Assembly: GCF_963676685.1 (NCBI RefSeq)
Contig: NC_092356.1
Location: forward strand, 74,586,001-74,650,000
Length of the DNA: 64,000 bases
Reading direction: 5' to 3'
Source of the DNA: Mytilus edulis
Lineage: Eukaryota
In this document: positions 52,860 to 64,000 of the stretch, one piece after another
How positions within the stretch are numbered: the first letter of the stretch is position 1
How the letters are laid out: the number at the start of each line of letters is the position of its first letter
The notes under the pieces: model-generated
The model's database searches: none
Told to the model about the DNA's origin: nothing
Seen by the model: only the letters and a program-made list of their open reading frames with translations
Program-made: the position numbers and the translations under genes

Positions 52860-53410
52860 TTTTATTATCTATTATTCTTGTGTTTCTTTGTCGAATACGT
52901 TCTCCTATTTATTTGTATTGTAGTCCTGTAATGTTATGTTGTCATTTTAATGTTAAATTTAACATTGCCATTAAAGTGCGAGGTTTGGCATGCCACAAAA
53001 CCAGGTTCAACCCACCATTTTTTTCTTTAAAAATGTCCTGTACCAAGTCAGGAAAATGGCCATTGTTATATCATAGTTCGTTTCTGTGTGTGTAACATTT
53101 TAACGTTGTGTTTCCGTTGTGTCGTTTGTTTTCTCTTATATTTGAGTGTGAATTCACATTACTAAAAGACGTGTCACGGTACTGTTCTATCCCAAATTCA
53201 TGTATTTGGTTTTGATGTTATATTTGTTATTCTCATCGGATTTTGTCTAATGCTTAGCCTGTTTCTTTGTGTGTTACATTTTAATGTTGTGTCGTTGTTC
53301 TCCTCTTATATTTCATGCGTTTCCCTCAGTTTTAGCTTTTTATCCCGAATTTGCTTTTTGTCAATAGATTTAAAAGTGTTGAACAGCGGTATACTACTGT
53401 TGCCTTCATT
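52860..53410 (+). mobile_element. Short twister-bearing retroelement (family 3)
   Basis: Other copies at 36880-37200, 42600-42696 + 48519-48803 (split by BEL) and 49220-49545. Common 3' end GAACAGCGGTATACTRCTGTTGCCTT. Confidence 0.7.
52967..53060 (+). ncRNA. Twister-like ribozyme copy (repeat family 3)
   Basis: GCCAUU-AAAGUGC-GAGGU-UUGGCAUGCCACAAAACCAGGUU-CAA-CCC-ACC-AUUUUU..AAAAAU-GUCCUG-UACCAAGU-CAGGA-A-AAUGGC. Compensatory changes relative to family 1; P2 imperfect. Confidence 0.65.
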
Positions 53411-53879
53411 TTGGACCATGCTAAATTAATTTTACATGCATACTTGGTAACACTATGTAGATATTGTTTTACTTATAGTTAATGTTCAAATAAGACTCAT
53501 ATGGGATACATATATATCAGATCAATATACTTGAATAATGTGGATTCAACAGTTGTAATCCATTCGTTTTTTATGTGTTTTGTCACGTGATTTTGTGATG
53601 TTATTAGGGACTTTCCGATTTTATTTTCCACTGAGTTCAGTATTTTTGTGATTTTCCTTTTTCATACAGGATCATACAGTTAACGATTTTATACGAAAAA
53701 AAATCGTACGAAAGTTTATACTTCAATACTGTTTCTCAGTAATCAACTTGTATCGATCGCTCAATGTTGCCATGTCACATCGTTTTTCAATGAACGATAA
53801 CAAGTTCTGGCCACATTAGTTTTAACTCGGATATGGAAAAGCTGTGAATTCCCAAACATTGTCACTTGCAGTATAAGAG

Positions 53880-56740
53880 ACAATATCCCTAATGCGCCTT
53901 GAAATGAGGAACTCAAAATTCACGTGTAAACAAACACATTCTGTGAGTGATATTGGACATGTTTCTATAATAAACAAGTGTCTGAGCTTAACCATTTGTG
54001 TTAATTTAGAAAGTAGGGGAACACATAATAAATGTGTAAAATCTGTGTAGCTATTAAATGTGTCAAAGTATTTAATTTTCAAAATTTAAAAAGAACGTAT
54101 TGTGTAATAAATGGGATTGTTTACCATGAGGAGCCGCATCACAAAAGGATACCCCGAAAATTTGACCACATATGTTAAAATGTCTCAGCAGTGAAACAAG
54201 CCATCAAAATTAACGATATGGACTGAGCAACAGACGAAAACGTTACCATTACCGCCTATGGATAAACTATTACGCATCTTCACCCAATTTAAAAGATAAA
54301 TTTCAGAAGTTTTCAGACTGATCTATGAATGATATCATCTTGTACACTACAAAAAAATTGTAAAAATCATGCTTTTAAAATGCATTACTGGCACGGAGCT
54401 GAACACTTTTTTAGGCACAATCATAATTAGATATAGGAAGATGTGGTGTGAGTGCCAATGAGACAACTCTCCATCCAAATAACAATTTAAAAATTAAACC
54501 ATTATAGGTTAAAGTACGGCCTTCAATAACTTTGTTAACCCTCGAAATATCCGAAAGGAATTTAATTTGTTTACTATATTGAAAAAGGCAAGAAATAACT
54601 TTAGAATATTTTTAAATTGTAAGTAAATATGACACCATATTGTCTTTGTTATGTAAATATCACTCTGGTCTACAAGAATACCTGATAATCAAGGGAGATA
54701 ACACACTTCATACGAGTAAAGTGAGATCCATCATCACATGTGCTTTTATCGAATGATTTGACCCCTGGTCAATAGATACCATATGCAAATCAACAGAAAA
54801 AAACATTAACATGTATTAAGAAAATCATGAATTATTTTTTTAATGCACTCGAGCAAAACTAAACATATTGTCATTTCTCAGTGAAAAGGGGGAGGGTCAA
54901 ACCTTTTTGAAAACAATATTTCTGCACCTATTCAACTATTAAGCTAGTTAACTACTACTCCTTTCTTCTAATATAAAAGGTTTAAATGAAGGTGGCTAAG
55001 CCACAAGGGAGAAGCATTTGTCTTTCTTTCGTATAAAATTTTATGACGTCAGACACACAAATCAATGAATGTGTTTGTATATAGATGTTTTTGTTTTCTG
55101 TGAAATTGTTCCTTTTAAAATTGATATACGATGATGACTGATGTAACAATATTCTGACTATTTTATTTATTGTGTCTGTTTAGTTAACGCATCAATGTAA
55201 ATGTAACGGAATTTGATGAGACTGTCATCAAAGTGAGAATGTTAGCGCTATAAACATGATAAAAACTGGTTTAATCCATCATTTTCTACATTTGAAAATG
55301 CCTGTACCAAGTTTTTTTTTGTCATATTTCAGTTCCAGACATATCATTACTTTTTAATCTGAGATGGCAAACTAGAGGTTTTAAAAAGTACTGAATAACA
55401 GGTAAACATTATGTTTTATTAGGCAAGCTCTAAATTATTTATTTATGGTATTTATGCAATTGAAATTAAAGTATGTATGTTAAAAATATGCTAATATGAA
55501 AACTGTTGCTACGGTCTTGATATTATATGAAAATGATTGGTTACTGATCTTTTCGACTCAATATTTCGTGTTTAATTTTGCAGCAACTGTTTCACACGTT
55601 ACACTACAAACTATATTAAGCACTATTTTGATCTGTATTTAATGACGCCATAAAACATGTGATGTCACAATGTTTCCTTTAAAACCTCATATGGATTTCT
55701 TACTGATAAAAGGTTTTCACTGAATTACATGTAAAAACCATGTTTTGTCTCAAATAGAATTATGTGAAAGGACAAGTTTTGAAAATTTACACTTCATTGC
55801 ACTCTAATTATATGATAAGAATGACTTGTCCAGTAGTTTAGAGTGGTTACCAAAGTATTAGATACCAGATTTTCACTAGTAAGAATAATTATTTTGGTGT
55901 TGTATTTTTTATGAAATCTTCATGTTTGCATAATTTCTCTGTCAACATGCACTTTTAGGCACGAAAAAAAATTATAGGATGCTTTAACAGGGTCGGTGTA
56001 TTGTAATTTAAGTTTATCATCAGAAGTTTCGTCCTTGTTTTGACTAGTGAAGATAAACTGGAAGAAATTAATTATACATACACATTGTATTCAAAATAAA
56101 TGAATATGGCGACAAAAATGTCATTGCCTTATAGTGCTTAAACAACTTAATTTTTTTTTTAGAAATGGACAAAAATACACAGATTTGTTAAACATGTTAT
56201 ACCGATGAAGATCACATAAAAATGTTTGGAAAAATCAGAACAATGGATTTCAATATGGGACAATATCCCTAATGCGCCTTGAAATGAGGAACTCAAAAGT
56301 CACGTGTAAACAAAAAATCTCTGTGTAGTGATATTGGACATGTGTCTATGATAAACAAGTGACTGAGCTTAACCATTTGTGTTAATTTGGTAAGTAGGGA
56401 CACAGAATAAATGTGTAAAATCTATGAAGCTATGAAATGTGTGTAAGTACTAAATTATAATCCTGGTACCTTTGATAACTTTTTAAAGTATTAAATTTTC
56501 AAAGAACTTATTGTGTTAAAAATGGTTTTTTTTTACCATGAGTAGCCTCATCACAAATTAATAGTCGGGGTTTGCTGATTTACCGGAAAAGAAATCTCAC
56601 TTCATACCCCGAAAATTTGACCACATATGTGAAAATGTCTCAGCTTCGAAACGAGCCGTCACACATATCCAAGTTAACGATATGGACTGAGCAACATACC
56701 ATTCCCGTCTATGGAGAAACTTATACGCATCTTGACCCAT
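53880..56740. repeat. ~400-bp dispersed direct repeat (53880-54290 and 56260-56740)
   Basis: Both copies start CAATATCCCTAATGCGCCTTGAAATGAGGAACTCAAAA. Confidence 0.85.
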
Positions 56741-57178
56741 ATGAGACGCACCAAAAAATTAAAAAATATCAATAAGTTAAAAAAAAAACCTCTGAGGAAC
56801 ATTTTGACGTAAGTGCTTAAATGTAACAACATTTTGTAAGGTGATCTTGAAACTAATAAAAATAGACAATAGTCAAATTGTCACTTAAAGGGAAAATTCG
56901 CAAAAAAATAAAAAAAAGGATATTATGTGAATCCTAAATAAATAAGCATATTCTCAAGATAGTAAAGGTTTATTCGTCTTGATAACTGAGTTATAAGATT
57001 TTTTTTTAAATCGATTTGCAATTCTCTAGTAGACTCCATTTTGAAAACTAATGACCACAGATATCTAATTACGACAAAGTCCTAGTACCCAGCATGACAT
57101 GTCCGTTAATGAGTGTTAAAATGACTTGTAAAGCTGATTTATGTTCTACCCGACCAGGAAATGGAAAAAGTCTACATA

Positions 57179-57625
57179 CACTACTGGACGAAAAAACGTC
57201 TGTCCATACCAGTAACAGTCGTTCTAAGACTGATAATGTTTGTTAAAGTTGTAACAGTTGTTAAATTTCACTGCTGCAGTTTTTTTGTAACTGTCCCAAC
57301 TTTAAAAGTGTTTGTCTACAACATAAATCGACTGTTACAACGCAAGAAATAACTGTCATAGTTAATGAAGGACTGATACAACTATTTCAAAGTTGTAACA
57401 GTTGATTTACAACTGTCCCAACTCGAAAAACGTTGCAACAGTCATAAATAAACTGATTAAACGCCTTAAGGGTTGTCACAGTCGTAATAAAACTGATGCA
57501 ACCATTTGAAAGTTGTAACAGTCATTTAATTACTGTACCAACACGGAAAACGTTGAAACAGTCATAAATAAACTGTTTAAACGCAGAAAAAGTTGTAACA
57601 GTTAAAATATGATAGCTACAACCAT
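57179..57625. mobile_element. One end of a CACTA element with GTTGTAACAGT subterminal repeats (~120-bp higher-order period)
   Basis: CACTACTGGACGAAAAAACG at 57179. No matching end found in the window. Confidence 0.6.
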
Positions 57626-58015
57626 TGTATAGGCATAGCTAATTTATAAGCGTAGCAACTTCCAAACATTGATCTTCATGTACACTTAAAAGTCACGGAT
57701 ACAAAATGTCTAACAGTCAGGGATATAGGTTCAATTATTTGTAAAAAAAAATTACTGTGTGAAATATAAGGTTGTGACAAAGAGAAACAACTATCACTCC
57801 AATGTAATACATTAATTTTAGATAGATATTGATTTAAAAAAAAAAGTATTTTGAAATATTTGCCGCTGAACAAATTTTTGTATTCCTCGGTTATTTAGTG
57901 AATGTGCTGAATTTATATATATTTTTAAACACTTCCTCGGCCTTATCTCTTCGAACCAATAAAATCGGAACCAGTACTAGATACCTGCAATTTCACTAGA
58001 TAAAAGATAACTTCT

Positions 58016-58179
58016 AACAGAAAAATCGAAAAACGTTACCCAATATATTTGTTACCAAATGTATCTTTATAACTGAATTAAAAGTTGACAATTTCTACTA
58101 ACAGAAAAATCGAAAAACATTACCCAATATATTTGTTACCAAATGTATCCCTATTACTGAATTAAAAGTTGACAATTTT
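58016..58179. repeat. ~83-bp local tandem duplication
   Basis: AACAGAAAAATCGAAAAAC.TTACCCAATATATTTGTTACCAAATGTATC occurs twice. Confidence 0.85.
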
Positions 58180-59247
58180 TATATCATCTAAATAACAATT
58201 TAATAATTTTTTTAATTAAATTAGTTAGGTGTAAAATCATTCATGCATACACGGTTGTTTTCAATATCCGTAGTTTTACGAATCACATCACTTCATAATA
58301 ACGCTGAATATACATGATATACTCTAAACCTAGCGAGGAACTCCTAGTAATACACACACTTGTCAAACTTATCCCCATATAAAACTGCTTTATATTTTCT
58401 TGAGGGCTTATTTCACACACTAATTTTTGGGGGGCTACATGTTTTTCTTGTAAAATTATAAATATTACCGTATAATCATTTTGATTTATATACACGTAAA
58501 AAAAAATCAGACATTTAACACATCTTTTGCGGCTATGGAAAACAAATCTTAAATCTATCTGAATTTAATTTATTTTATTTTACCGTATTTTATTTTTGAA
58601 TAGTTCAATATTAACTCGACTTTGTATTGTACATTGTACGGAATGGTCTATTTGAAGTTCAATTGTAATTGATACACATGATACAGGTAAATAGTACGTC
58701 AGCATTCATGATTGAGGTAAAAAAAATATTATCACTCGCGAGAAAAATTCATATTTTCACCGGATTTTTCGCAAAGAATTTACCATACATATGTAAATAC
58801 TAGTAGATGGACGTACTGTTCAAGACCCGACAAAATAACTAGCGCAAGTGAAAGTTCAAATGTTCAAAACATGAAAACTCGCATTGTTTAAGACAGGGAA
58901 ATCAAATCTTAATTCTTTTATTTTTTTCACATCACTTTTTAGAACTTGATGTATTCTTTAGACTCCGGTCTTATTAAATTTTAAAGACTGACATCGGATT
59001 CTCTTATGTGGTTTCAGTTGATCAGATGTACTAACGTTTATCCAAAATATTTTCCCATTTCAATTGTTCAAATTCAAATTATTTAATCCCATAAATGCTT
59101 GTACAATAATGACATATTATTCAATCAGTAAAGAAAACTAACAATGTTACTAGATAGATAGATAGATAATTATGTACAGACAATATTTTGGGTCCCTTTT
59201 TATTTTTTTGTTCGGTGTACGTGAGCCGAGGCTCCATGTTGAAGGCT

Positions 59248-59395
59248 AAGGAGCGGATCCAGCCATTTAAAAAAGGGGTTGTTACTAACCCAGGACAAAG
59301 GGGGGTTCCAATTACATGTACCCATTCAAATGCCTTGATCGTCCAAAAAAAAGGGGGGTTCAAACCCCCAGACCCCCCCCCTGGATCCGCGCCTG
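59248..59395. mobile_element. Small MITE with (C)AGG.GCGGATCCAG termini
   Basis: AAGGAGCGGATCCAG / CTGGATCCGCGCCTG; flanks AGGCT / AGGCC. Related relic at 18143-18209. Confidence 0.6.
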
Positions 59396-59934
59396 AGGCC
59401 ATACATTGACCTATAATGGTTTAGTGCGTTATACATGTATGACTTTGTAATGCTTATTGTGTTTATGGAAAACAATGGGAAAATGTTGCTTAACATCTTG
59501 GGATATATATTTAGAAGGCATTTATTCAAAAGCAGATATAATTGATTTGTAGAAAAACATGAATAAGGGCAGATGATCAACCATTATAGTACAAGTCTTT
59601 GATAAACCACAATATATTTGTCATCACTGACGTATCAATGTTGCTTTTGTATACATGGTATAAAAATCCAACTTGGGTTTCTCATCTAAACTTGTTTACA
59701 TCGTGTTACATTATCCAATATAGCTAGGCCTGTTATAGGTTTTTCATTATCACACTTATGGGGAACTGATTTTGCTCATTGGTGAAGGATGTACAGTTAC
59801 TAACAATTACATCACTTCACTTGAAGTTCCTATATCGTTCAATTTTCATCCATGGAGATCCCTGTCTTGGTTTACGGTTGATGGTTGTCTTATTGAAATT
59901 CATACCACATCTCCTTATTCTGGTTATCATACAG

Positions 59935-60302
59935 TATACATGTTATACCAATGTCCCAGGTTAGGGGGAGGGTTGGGAACTCGCTAACATGTTTAACCCC
60001 ACCACATTATTTATGTATGTACCTGTCCCAAGTCAGTAGCCTGTAATTCAGTGGTTGTCATTTGTTTATGTGTTACATATATTTGTTTTTTGTTCATTTT
60101 TTTACATAAATAAGGCCTTTAGGTTTCTCGTATGAATTGTTTTACATTGTCTTATCAGGGCCTTTTATAGCTGACTATGTGATATGGGCTTTGCTCATTG
60201 TTGAAGGCCGTACGGTTACCTATAATTGTTAATTTTTGTGTCATTTTTGGTCTTTTGTGGATAGTTGTCTCATTGGCAATCATACCACATCTTCTTTTTT
60301 AT
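59935..60302 (+). mobile_element. Short twister-bearing retroelement (family 2)
   Basis: Ends in GTTGTCTCATTGGCAATCATACCACATCTTCTTTTTTAT; homologous to 35606-35988. Confidence 0.75.
59957..60043 (+). ncRNA. Twister ribozyme copy (repeat family 2)
   Basis: CAGGUU-AGGGG-GAGGG-UUGGGAACUCGCUAACAUGUU-UAA-CCCC-ACC-...-ACCUGUCCCAAGUCAGU-AGCCUG. Confidence 0.7.
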
Positions 60303-60435
60303 GTTATACAAGGCTAAAATACCTAGTATTATCAAATGAATTATAACAATTGTTAATAGTTGTCAGACTTTTGTTATCAAAAAGCAGCTACATATGTATA
60401 ATCAAGATGTAGACATGATCACTGGTGTCAGATGT

Positions 60436-61260
60436 AAACAAGAGTGACTGTGCAAATGCTGAAATGTCATCTCTGCTTTGCCTACATGTATGAAGGTTTT
60501 ACTACATGTACAAGTATCACACAAACTTTCAATTTTCATTAACCTTTGAAAATGAAGTTGCAGTCAAATTAACCATGCCAGACAGATGATGTACACCCTA
60601 CAAACTGACATTCCATACCCATGATACCCAATTGCCCAAAATTTAGTGATTTATACTGTCTGTGAAATAGACTTAACATTCTTAACATCCAAACCATGAA
60701 AACTAACTTATGAATATCCAATAATATGCCAAAAATAGTGATCCTATACATGTCATGCATGTACATGTAGTTTATACTGTAGCATCTGAGAAACATTTGG
60801 AAATAGATCAAACCACAAAAACTAAGCATTGTTCAATGAGCCATGACATTTTCATTGGGGTCAAAGTCTGATGTAAGTCTTGCAATTAGACATATTCACC
60901 TTACACTCATTTCATAAACCAAATATAGTTGACCTTCTTTTCCTACTGCTTGTAGTATTTTTAAACATGTGTGAGAAACAAACTTGACAAATTACATGTA
61001 ACTAAAGTAACCTTAATCACATGAAATGAAGTCAGGATCAGGCCAACCCTACCTGACAGACACTGAGACATGTACACCTTTCAAGATATCATAACAATTA
61101 ATCCAGTAACTCAATTAATATACATACATGTATGTTATACATTTAAGACTTCGAGTGTATTTCACTGTGACTGTTCAAACAGTAATATTTTTTTGTAAAC
61201 AGTTACATGTACATGTAGTGTACCATGAAAACTAGGTGAAGTGCAATGGACAAATCAATA
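60436..61260. mobile_element. Old degenerate relative of the HINE-like element at 6690-7826
   Basis: AAACAAGAGTG...GCTGAAATGTC start and decayed CCATGAAAATGARGTCA repeats. Confidence 0.5.
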
Positions 61261-64000
61261 ACAGAAACTTCATAACATAAGGAAGAATCCAGGCATTTCA
61301 GCTTCTAAAATGTATCTGGTGAAGCTTAAATACAAAACGGTACGCTGTAGCCACTGCCAGATTGTAATACATATTTCTTGGCTTGCATGCATGTACTTCA
61401 ACTTTTGTTTTTTATACTTTAATGTACGTGCATGGTTTATTTGTTTCAAAAACCATGAATACTTGGCCACTAACATGACTAATCATGCTAATTAAGATTT
61501 TTATTTAATTATAATTCAGACTTTAATAATTTAAGTACAGCAAACAGTCATTTGACTCTATTAAAACTATGACACGGACTGCACGAGACCCTCATAGTTG
61601 GTTAAGATCTTTTTACACACCCTGGACATGCTGGCGGTAGTTAACAATTGCAATGCCAACATAAACTTCAGATGTGATATACATGTACTGTTTTGTAAAT
61701 TTCACTGAAACTAGAAATTCACATTATCCATATTGTTATTATACATGTTATATTAAAATGACTGATTATCCACTAATTAAAAGTATTCATGAATTCAGAT
61801 ATGATGCACTATTATTAGTAGTATTCACTGAAACTATGCATTTTCATTATTCCAAATTGCTATTTCAAATGAATAGTTATCCTGGGTATTCATGGAATTC
61901 AGAAATAATGTACATGTATGATTGCACTATAATATTCACTGCAACTACGAAATTTTGTTATTCCAAATTCACAATTGATCATGATAATCCAAGGTAATTA
62001 GTCCTCCAGTAATGTGGTCCTCCTTTAATACAATTTGTAATTTTCCTATTAGTACAAGGCACAATTTTCTTCTTGTCCAATTTGATCAGAACATCACATT
62101 ATCATCATGGAATAATGCTGCACGCCATATTCATAATTTCCCAAAACAATAGATAACTAGCATTAAATAATGAATTAATCCATTGTTTCACAATTTGCAG
62201 CTATACGAGCGACTCAGTGACATCTATATTTTATATGCATCAAAGTGCACATGTACTAGCAGGTGTCATATTCTAAGTGGGAATCATGGTCAAACCAATA
62301 CATATTCAGTATGATTCTACAAAATAAAATATACATTTAGACTCAAGTACAGTAAATGTTTAACTAATAATAAATATATAATACTACATGTATATACATT
62401 GTGCAATAATAAGAAAGTTAAATACAATAACTGTATTTACCTAGATAAAACTAGCACTTCTCATTTGATTGACCAAAACATTCTAGCACTAATACAATTC
62501 TATTTTCAAGTCCCTATTAACAAGAAAAATAAATCTTTTAATTGGGGGTCTAAATTCTATATAGTGTTGTCTTTTTTCCTGCATTAATGATTTGTTAAGT
62601 GTGATTGTGTACTTTCATTGAAGGGTTACTGTCTCATTGAGGCTCACATCATACTTTATTTCATCAATTCTTTATAGTCAGATATCATGGACATAGTTAT
62701 TCCTCTCCAAAACACAACAGGTTATTTCTTTTGTTCATTTTAATTATGTTTATCATTTAATACGAAATATATTGATACTACAAACATGACAAAGAAAAGT
62801 TTAAGGAACGAAAAAATAAAATAAATAAATGCCCTGTTACTATATACATGTAGATGATATTGACTTTACCTTTGTCATGTTTGTCCAGTGCATATAATGA
62901 ATAAACCTTTGTGATGTAAAAATATTGTTCCAAGACTTAACCATCCCAGTTAATGTTTTAAACATGTTAAATCCTTGAGTTTAATAATTTTTACATATTT
63001 TGTGTTACCCTGAATACTTTTTACTTATCCATTTGTTATAACAGCTTGCATTAAATAATGCTTTTTAATTTTATTTTAATAAATCAATATTCAGATTACT
63101 TTTAAAATTTGCATTTTAATATATCCAAAGTAATATATATCCTGTGGTTTCATATTTTTCTTAAATTATAATTTGTTTTGAAAAAGTTATCAAAATTTTG
63201 AAGAGGACAATTTTAATCATGATAATTTGTGAACATTATTATAAAATCGTATCATTATACCAATGACAGATTAAATATCATCCCCCAGGGCAATAAACTA
63301 TTGTGTCTTAATTTGTATATTAGCTACATCATGTATATAAGAATTTCTGATTATTACCTATCGCATATCCAGTGTTAACATCCTGATTATTACCTATTTT
63401 AATGTCACATTTGCATGGTCATATTCAGTAAATACAAATATTTTAATTGTTAATTTTGAATTTAAATTAAAAAAATTTGTTTTAGACTAAATTAGTAGAT
63501 ACAACACATACAATGCAGTTAACACAGTAAATTTTTTGAGAACTTACTGGATAATACTATATCTATAAAAATATTTTGAGCTTCATAAAATACTTTAAAA
63601 AAGTTTATACCATGTAAACATAAAAAAATATGCATACAGATAGATTTTTTTGTTATGTTTTCCTGACATATTGAATGTTAACATAAAATAATTATCATGA
63701 TTATGTAAAAAATGCAAATAATCTGCAGACGTATGTGAATGCACATGATCAAAGGAGATGTGGGATATATCAATGATGCATCAACCCAACAGTTAGGCAA
63801 CAATAAAGTAACCAAAACACAATTGAATGCGTGTCGAAAAATATATATGACTTATGATTAGAAGGTCCTTAATTATATAATCATTGCGGAATAAATATAA
63901 TGACCATTGAATGTTACTACTTGTAAGTTAGATAACATGTATGCATGGCACAAATGAATTTTGAAAAAAATGCTAACAGGGCACAATTTATATAAAAATT

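Larger units (their letters stand above)
36755..53237. repeat. Tandem segmental duplication of a ~4.1-kb unit: copy A 36755-48803 (with 3 later insertions), copy B 49098-53237
   Basis: Colinear identity from TAGATTTTGGTCCTATGGCTGG to TTTGTTATTCTCATC. Confidence 0.9.

Noticed and set aside
61300-64000. Host gene exons (e.g. ORF 61674-61997)
   Set aside because: Low-complexity AT-rich translation with short internal repeats, no domain motif and no consistent splice chain.

Overview
AT-rich, almost entirely repetitive animal genomic DNA. The repeat families look bivalve, probably a Mytilus mussel; that assignment is an inference. No host protein-coding gene could be supported. Main contents: (1) A complete PIF/Harbinger transposon (3318-12277; 25-bp TIRs, CAG TSD) with two intact, convergent three-exon genes, a Myb/SANT protein (277 aa, +) and a DDE transposase (341 aa, -). 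Its introns hold a Helentron/HINE-type element, a SINE and a 5'-truncated Penelope-like (Naiad-type) retroelement. (2) A decayed full-length BEL/Pao LTR element (42697-48518). (3) Three copies of a TA-inserting TIR element carrying a ~258-bp satellite. (4) Several non-autonomous CACTA-, Spy- and PHIS-like elements, an RTEX-like LINE relic and a ~4.1-kb tandem segmental duplication. The most interesting signal is non-coding RNA structure. The Penelope-like 3' region carries a canonical SECIS followed by a permuted (P5-type) twister ribozyme. The same twister fold, with compensatory base changes, recurs in three other short repeat families (at least 7 near-complete copies in total). In all families P1 is replaced by two adjacent palindromes, which suggests a dimer-dependent twister variant. 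A ~346-nt hammerhead retrozyme is also present. All calls were made by eye; no searches were run.
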